Shown: one piece after another, positions 59,786 to 64,000 of the stretch | Numbering within the stretch: the stretch's first letter is position 1 | How the letters are laid out: each line of letters begins with the position of its first letter | Assembly: GCA_039111275.1 (NCBI GenBank) | Contig: JBCCOH010000003.1 | Coordinates: 27,066 to 91,065, forward strand | Length of the DNA: 64,000 bases | Reading direction: 5' to 3' | Origin: Cyanobacteria bacterium P01_D01_bin.1 | Lineage (GTDB): Bacteria > Cyanobacteriota > Cyanobacteriia > Phormidesmidales > Phormidesmidaceae | Notes under the pieces: model-generated | What the model saw: the letters and a program-made list of their open reading frames with translations, nothing else | What the model was told of the DNA's origin: nothing | Databases searched by the model: none | Position numbers and translations under genes: made by a program

Positions 59786-60577
59786 ATGGCTTCTTCTAAA
59801 TCTGCACAACTTCGATCTCGCGGTATGGAATTGCTTATGCAATACAAAGTGGATCGTTCGGTTAAGCTTCGCAATCAGTTGGTCAGACTTAATGCTGGCC
59901 TAGTTCGTAAAATTGCTCATAGGGTCAGCCATCAGTGCGCTGAACCCTATGAAGATCTTGAGCAAATTGGCTATATTGGCTTGATTCGTTCGATCGAGCG
60001 CTTCGATCCAGGTCAAGGCTGCGCGTTCAGTTCCTTTGCGGTGCCCTATATTCGCGGTGAAATGCTTCACTTCTTGCGCGATCGCGGCACTACAGTCAAA
60101 ATTCCCCGTCGCTGGCAAGATCTGCAAAAAGAGGGTCAAAAGCGTCAGGCAGACCTGATTCGCCAGTACGGGCGTCAGCCGTCTGATATCGAGATGGCTG
60201 CAGCGTTAGAAGTGTCCGTTCAAGAGTGGCGTCAGGTCAAGCTCGCAAACAAGAACCGGATGCCGCTGAGCCTAGATGCCACAGTTTGTCACCAGATTGA
60301 CTCGAGTATCACCCTCGGCGATACGCTGCCCGACGTTCACTATCAACTGTTGCAGATATTAGAAGAGGACCGCCAGCAAATCCAGAGAGCAATGGCACAG
60401 CTAGAAGAGAAGACTCGCTCTGCTATTGAGTTTGTCTTCTTTAAGGGACTATCTCGAAAGGAAGTGGCCGAGCGCATTGGCGTCAGCCCGATGACGGTGA
60501 CCCGTCGCATTCAGCGGGGCGTAGAGCAGATGATTGCCTATCTACAGCCACAGCAGGATTTGCAGACTGACCCTTAG
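59786..60577 (+). CDS. sigF: group 3 RNA polymerase sigma factor SigF
   Basis: RNQLVRLNAGLVRKIAHR, DLEQIGYIGLI..IERFDP.QG..FSSFA.PYIRGE, and region 4 SRKEVAERIGVSPMTVTR. ATG at 59786 preferred over 59675. Confidence 0.9.
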   Translation: MASSKSAQLRSRGMELLMQYKVDRSVKLRNQLVRLNAGLVRKIAHRVSHQCAEPYEDLEQIGYIGLIRSIERFDPGQGCAFSSFAVPYIRGEMLHFLRDRGTTVKIPRRWQDLQKEGQKRQADLIRQYGRQPSDIEMAAALEVSVQEWRQVKLANKNRMPLSLDATVCHQIDSSITLGDTLPDVHYQLLQILEEDRQQIQRAMAQLEEKTRSAIEFVFFKGLSRKEVAERIGVSPMTVTRRIQRGVEQMIAYLQPQQDLQTDP

Positions 60578-60684
60578 ACTGGAAAAAGTGTTGGTGGGCA
60601 CACGTTATCTCCTGCGCTTGCCTGCGTTTATATGACTACCCGTCCTTGCTAACCGTATAGAAGTTGATCTCCTAAGTAAACAAT

Positions 60685-60722
60685 ATCGATGTAGTCAGTA
60701 ACTGGCTACATCGATTTTTTTG
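60685..60722 (+). terminator. intrinsic terminator after sigF
   Basis: 14-bp stem ATCGATGTAGTCAG / CTGGCTACATCGAT (one G-U pair), 3-nt loop, T-run. Confidence 0.85.
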
Positions 60723-60778
60723 TTGCTAGGAGCACAAAGCTAGACGAGCACATATTAAGCTTTGAAGGTGAGCGGCAG

Positions 60779-62383
60779 ATGGCTAAGGAGTTGGCTATGG
60801 GCGGAGTCGAGGCTGTATTAGGATCGCATCAGGAAGAACGGAATTCGAGTGATGGTGTGGAAGGTCGCGATCACTTCCACGAATTACAGACTCAGCTAGC
60901 CGATCGTTGGCAGTCGATTGACGCGTTCGACAGGCGACCTCGGCAGATTCTGGTCGTGCCTTCACTGAGCCTGGACCAGGCCGAACTTAGGAAGGTAAAA
61001 GGCGTTCACTACTATGAGGAGCGGCTGCTGTTTGCGCTGATCCGCCTGCGCAACCCCGAGACTCGGCTGATCTATGTGACTTCTCAGCCTTTGCATCCGA
61101 GTATTGTCGATTATTATCTGGAGCTGCTGCCGGGTATCCCCAGTTCGCATGCGCGCGATCGCCTCGACCTCTTCTCTACCTACGATTCCTCTCTACGACC
61201 GCTCACCCAGAAGATCCTGGATCGCCCTCGTCTGATTCGCCGTATTAAGGACAAGCTGCACCACGACCAGGCGTATATGACTTGCTACAACTCCACTGAG
61301 TGTGAGCGGGAACTGGCGCTAAGGCTGGATTTACCGCTGCTGGCAGTCGATCCAGATTTGCTCTACTGGGGAACGAAAGGGGGCAGTCGTCAGATTTTCA
61401 CTGAGTGTGGAATTCCGTTGCCAGATGGCAGTGAGCTGACCCATAGCGTGAGTACGCTGGCAGAAGATGCAGCGGCGCTTTGGGAACGTCACCCTGAGCT
61501 AGAACGGATTGTGATCAAGCTAAATGAAGGATTCTCAGGGGAGGGAAATGCGCTGTTTGGTTTGACAGATCTAGCGGCGGTGGCTCCTGGCAAGGCAAGT
61601 CATGAGGAGCGGGCGGCGGCGATTGAGGCGGCTTGGCCTAGCTTGGGGTTTCAGTGTGATAGCGAGGACTGGCCTTCTTTTGCTCAGAAGATTAGGGAGC
61701 TGGGTGCGATCGCCGAAGCATTCATCGAAGGCGAAGAAAAATATTCACCCAGTGTCCAAGGCCGGGTCACTCCAAAAGGCGAAGTCGAAGTTCTCTCCAC
61801 GCACGATCAGGTACTTGGTGGCCCTGATGGTCAGATCTTCCTCGGCTGCACGTTCCCTGCCGACGACGCCTACCGGATGGCGCTTCAGGAGATGGGCCGC
61901 AAAGTCGGTGAAAACCTAGCCGCAAAAGGCGCGCTCGAACGCTACAGCGTGGACTTCATCGCTGTTCATCAGCCTGACAACAAAATGCAACCCTGGGACA
62001 TCCAAGCAATTGAAATTAACCTACGCAAAGGCGGCACGACTCACCCATTCATGGCGCTAAAGCTATTGACTAACGGCACCTACGACTCATCCGACGGCAA
62101 ATTCTACACTAAAAACGGCCAAGCCAAGTACTACCGAGCCTCAGACAACTTACAAAAAGACGCCTACAAAGGTCTTTTGCCCAATGACCTGATGGATATC
62201 ATCATGGGCGAGCAGCTACACTTCAGCTCGATTGACGGAGAAGGCGTCGTCTTTCACCTGATGGGTTGCCTTAGCGAACATGGAAAGCTAGGACTAACCT
62301 GCATTGGCAATACCCCGCAGGTCGCTGGCGAAATCTATGAACAGGTAGTCGCCGCTATTGACAGAGCGACCCAAGAGATATGA
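60779..62383 (+). CDS. PGM1-related ATP-grasp peptide-ligase-like protein
   Basis: Pre-ATP-grasp region (HYYEERLL, WGTKGGSRQIF), ATP-grasp motifs VIKLNEGFSGEGN, EAFIEG, SPSVQG, YSVDFI and IEINLRKGGTTHP. Confidence 0.8.
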   Translation: MAKELAMGGVEAVLGSHQEERNSSDGVEGRDHFHELQTQLADRWQSIDAFDRRPRQILVVPSLSLDQAELRKVKGVHYYEERLLFALIRLRNPETRLIYVTSQPLHPSIVDYYLELLPGIPSSHARDRLDLFSTYDSSLRPLTQKILDRPRLIRRIKDKLHHDQAYMTCYNSTECERELALRLDLPLLAVDPDLLYWGTKGGSRQIFTECGIPLPDGSELTHSVSTLAEDAAALWERHPELERIVIKLNEGFSGEGNALFGLTDLAAVAPGKASHEERAAAIEAAWPSLGFQCDSEDWPSFAQKIRELGAIAEAFIEGEEKYSPSVQGRVTPKGEVEVLSTHDQVLGGPDGQIFLGCTFPADDAYRMALQEMGRKVGENLAAKGALERYSVDFIAVHQPDNKMQPWDIQAIEINLRKGGTTHPFMALKLLTNGTYDSSDGKFYTKNGQAKYYRASDNLQKDAYKGLLPNDLMDIIMGEQLHFSSIDGEGVVFHLMGCLSEHGKLGLTCIGNTPQVAGEIYEQVVAAIDRATQEI

Positions 62384-62408
62384 AGCCTGAAACTTTCATA
62401 GAGCTGCT

Positions 62409-62834
62409 GTAACTACTCAGGTTAAGTAATTCCTGAGAGAAATAAGAGTTGTGAACTAGTAAGGATAAAGTTAGAACAGGCTCCCAAACATAGCAACTAT
62501 CTTGAGTGAGCAACGGCCAAACCCAAGCATCAGCCGCGAGGCGATGAAGGCAGCCTACTCGACCGACTCGATTTGCATGACACGGCTGTTCTGGCCTTCA
62601 TGCTCGACTTTCGTGTGCCGTTCGACAACAATCAGGCAGAGCACGATGTGCGTATGATGAAGCTCAAGCAGAAGATTGCCGGATGCTTTCGCACGGCAAC
62701 AGGCGCAAAACAGTTCTGTTGTATTCGTGGCTATGTCTTTTCTTTGAGGAAGCAGCAAAGGCGCTACTCGATGCGCTCAGCAGCGCCTTTGCTGGTAGTC
62801 CTATCTCTCCTGCTATCTGTATCTGAGTAGTTGC
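62409..62834 (+). mobile_element. internally deleted IS66-family element (426 bp) with transposase C-terminal remnant
   Basis: Left IR GTAACTACTCAG (62409-62420) and right IR CTGAGTAGTTGC (62823-62834). Remnant LLDRL..H..AVLAFMLDFRVPFDNNQAEHDVRMMKLKQKIAGCFR..GA..FC.IRGY..SLRKQ, frameshifted near 62759 into ALLDALSSAFAG-TGA inside the right IR. Confidence 0.85.
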
Positions 62835-62871
62835 GAAATAGCATCACAAGTATTCCCTAAGGACAAGACAC

Positions 62872-63756
62872 ATGGTAAACGCACTCTGGAAGCTTTTTTT
62901 TGTTGTTTTCGGCTTGATTGCGGCAGCGGGGATTGTTGGCGTTCTTTTCGGATTGATCAATACCGGCTGGCAGGAGTACAGTCGCGGCAGGGGTGGATAT
63001 CTTTACTTCGTGGCGGCTGCAGCAATTTTGTTTGGCCTCTATAAGTTTGCGCGCAGCATATTGTCTGGAATTGCTCAGGATAGAGCTCGTAACATCAAAC
63101 ATCAAACGGCGATGCGGACATATTACAACCCCGTTTTGAACGCGCTTACTGAGCAAGGTCTCATTTCAGATTCTGAAAAAACGCGCACCCTGAAACGGTT
63201 GCAAGCGCAGAAAGTGACGGGTCAGTCTTTTTATGCTGTGTTGAGTTCGCTGCTCTACACAGCCGATGATGGTTACGATCAGGTTTTGAAAAAGCCGCTC
63301 GATACAATTGCAAAGCGGATGTACGTCGTCGTCGCAGATAGAGATCGTCCGATAGAGCGAATTCCGAATTCAATCGCACTAAAGCCTGATGGCGTGCGTC
63401 CTCAACAGATGCCGCGCTTGATCAAAGCCTTTGCGTCCTACTCAAATGGGAAGTTCAATCCAACTGGCGTCGAATACGGACACGAAGGATTGAAGATGAC
63501 TCTCGAAGACGGCTTGCTGTTTGAAGTAGATAGCAGATCCACGCTAGGAAATCTCGACCCCAAACTCATTAGGACAATCTTTGGACTATATCACGCGCGA
63601 ACTGATGAAACAGTTTACGTTTATGACCAGATGATTCGCGCATTCGCACCCCTTATGCCGGAGCAGGTTCAGGCATTGAATAATGAAATTGGAGAGGAGG
63701 CTTTTGTGCCTTATATGAGAGAACGCATGGAGCTACGCCGCAATAACGGCGCTTAG
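62872..63756 (+). CDS. hypothetical protein, two N-terminal TM helices
   Basis: 294-aa ORF with AAGGA upstream and two hydrophobic segments; no recognisable domain. Confidence 0.7.
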   Translation: MVNALWKLFFVVFGLIAAAGIVGVLFGLINTGWQEYSRGRGGYLYFVAAAAILFGLYKFARSILSGIAQDRARNIKHQTAMRTYYNPVLNALTEQGLISDSEKTRTLKRLQAQKVTGQSFYAVLSSLLYTADDGYDQVLKKPLDTIAKRMYVVVADRDRPIERIPNSIALKPDGVRPQQMPRLIKAFASYSNGKFNPTGVEYGHEGLKMTLEDGLLFEVDSRSTLGNLDPKLIRTIFGLYHARTDETVYVYDQMIRAFAPLMPEQVQALNNEIGEEAFVPYMRERMELRRNNGA

Positions 63757-64000
63757 CTCCGGGCCAGAGGCAAAAGCATACCGAGTAAGTGCGCATGGAA
63801 AGGAAGCGATCGCTCCACGCTATCTAGCAGAAGCTCCCTAGCCGGCAGTAAAGACGTTTATACGCAGGGTCCTACTGTACTCCAAACGTTTCCTTCCGCA
63901 TCTACCCTAGTTTTTCTCATGGCTGTTAGCTTTCTACCGCGTTGTTACAGAGATAGTAGCCAAAAATTAAGTTTTTGAAGAAAACGCTTAGCTACACACC

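Larger units (their letters stand above)
930..63813. repeat. HIP1 (GCGATCGC) highly iterated palindrome, dispersed
   Basis: More than 40 copies by manual scan (e.g. 930, 1525, 2076, 2131, 11701, 15250, 16890, 18160, 61706, 63806), against about 1 expected by chance in 64 kb. Confidence 0.97.

Noticed and set aside
60632-60652. Micro-ORF MTTRPC as precursor peptide for the PGM1-like ligase
   Set aside because: It is only 6 codons, has no RBS, and is separated from the ligase by a strong terminator.
62573-62830. 85-aa ORF as a functional gene
   Set aside because: It is the C-terminal fragment of an IS66 transposase with an in-frame stop just upstream (62507-62509) and a frameshift near 62759.
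699-63379. The many 60-160 aa ORFs overlapping or antisense to recognised genes (e.g. 4588..4926, 13865..14248, 38341..38814, 62857..63156)
   Set aside because: They are shadow frames of well-supported genes, with no motifs or RBS support.

Overview
This is core cyanobacterial chromosome: psbZ, crtB, desC, sigF, a hetF homolog, guaB3-Yfr1-trxA, and more than 40 HIP1 octamers (GCGATCGC) by manual scan. I find about 58 supportable CDSs, mostly housekeeping, metabolic, envelope and signalling genes. Features the ORF track misses or splits: tRNA-Gly(GCC), the sRNA Yfr1, the full prfB with its CTT-TGA-C +1 frameshift, two small ORFs (46 and 58 aa), and a 426-bp internally deleted IS66-type element that still has both terminal inverted repeats. 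There is no CRISPR array, prophage or integrase. The most unusual signal is not a gene: local base composition flips from G(/T)-rich to C(/A)-rich at many HIP1 sites, even in the middle of ORFs on either strand, which suggests a HIP1-anchored, strand-asymmetric DNA process. Also notable: locus-specific tandem duplications (period mostly 14-15 bp) at many gene boundaries, a stand-alone MORC/MutL-class GHKL ATPase, an uncharacterised GAF-like protein plus PAS-histidine kinase pair, a PGM1-like ATP-grasp ligase with no visible cluster, and several probable pseudoenzymes. Family calls rest on motif recognition by eye; no database searches were run.
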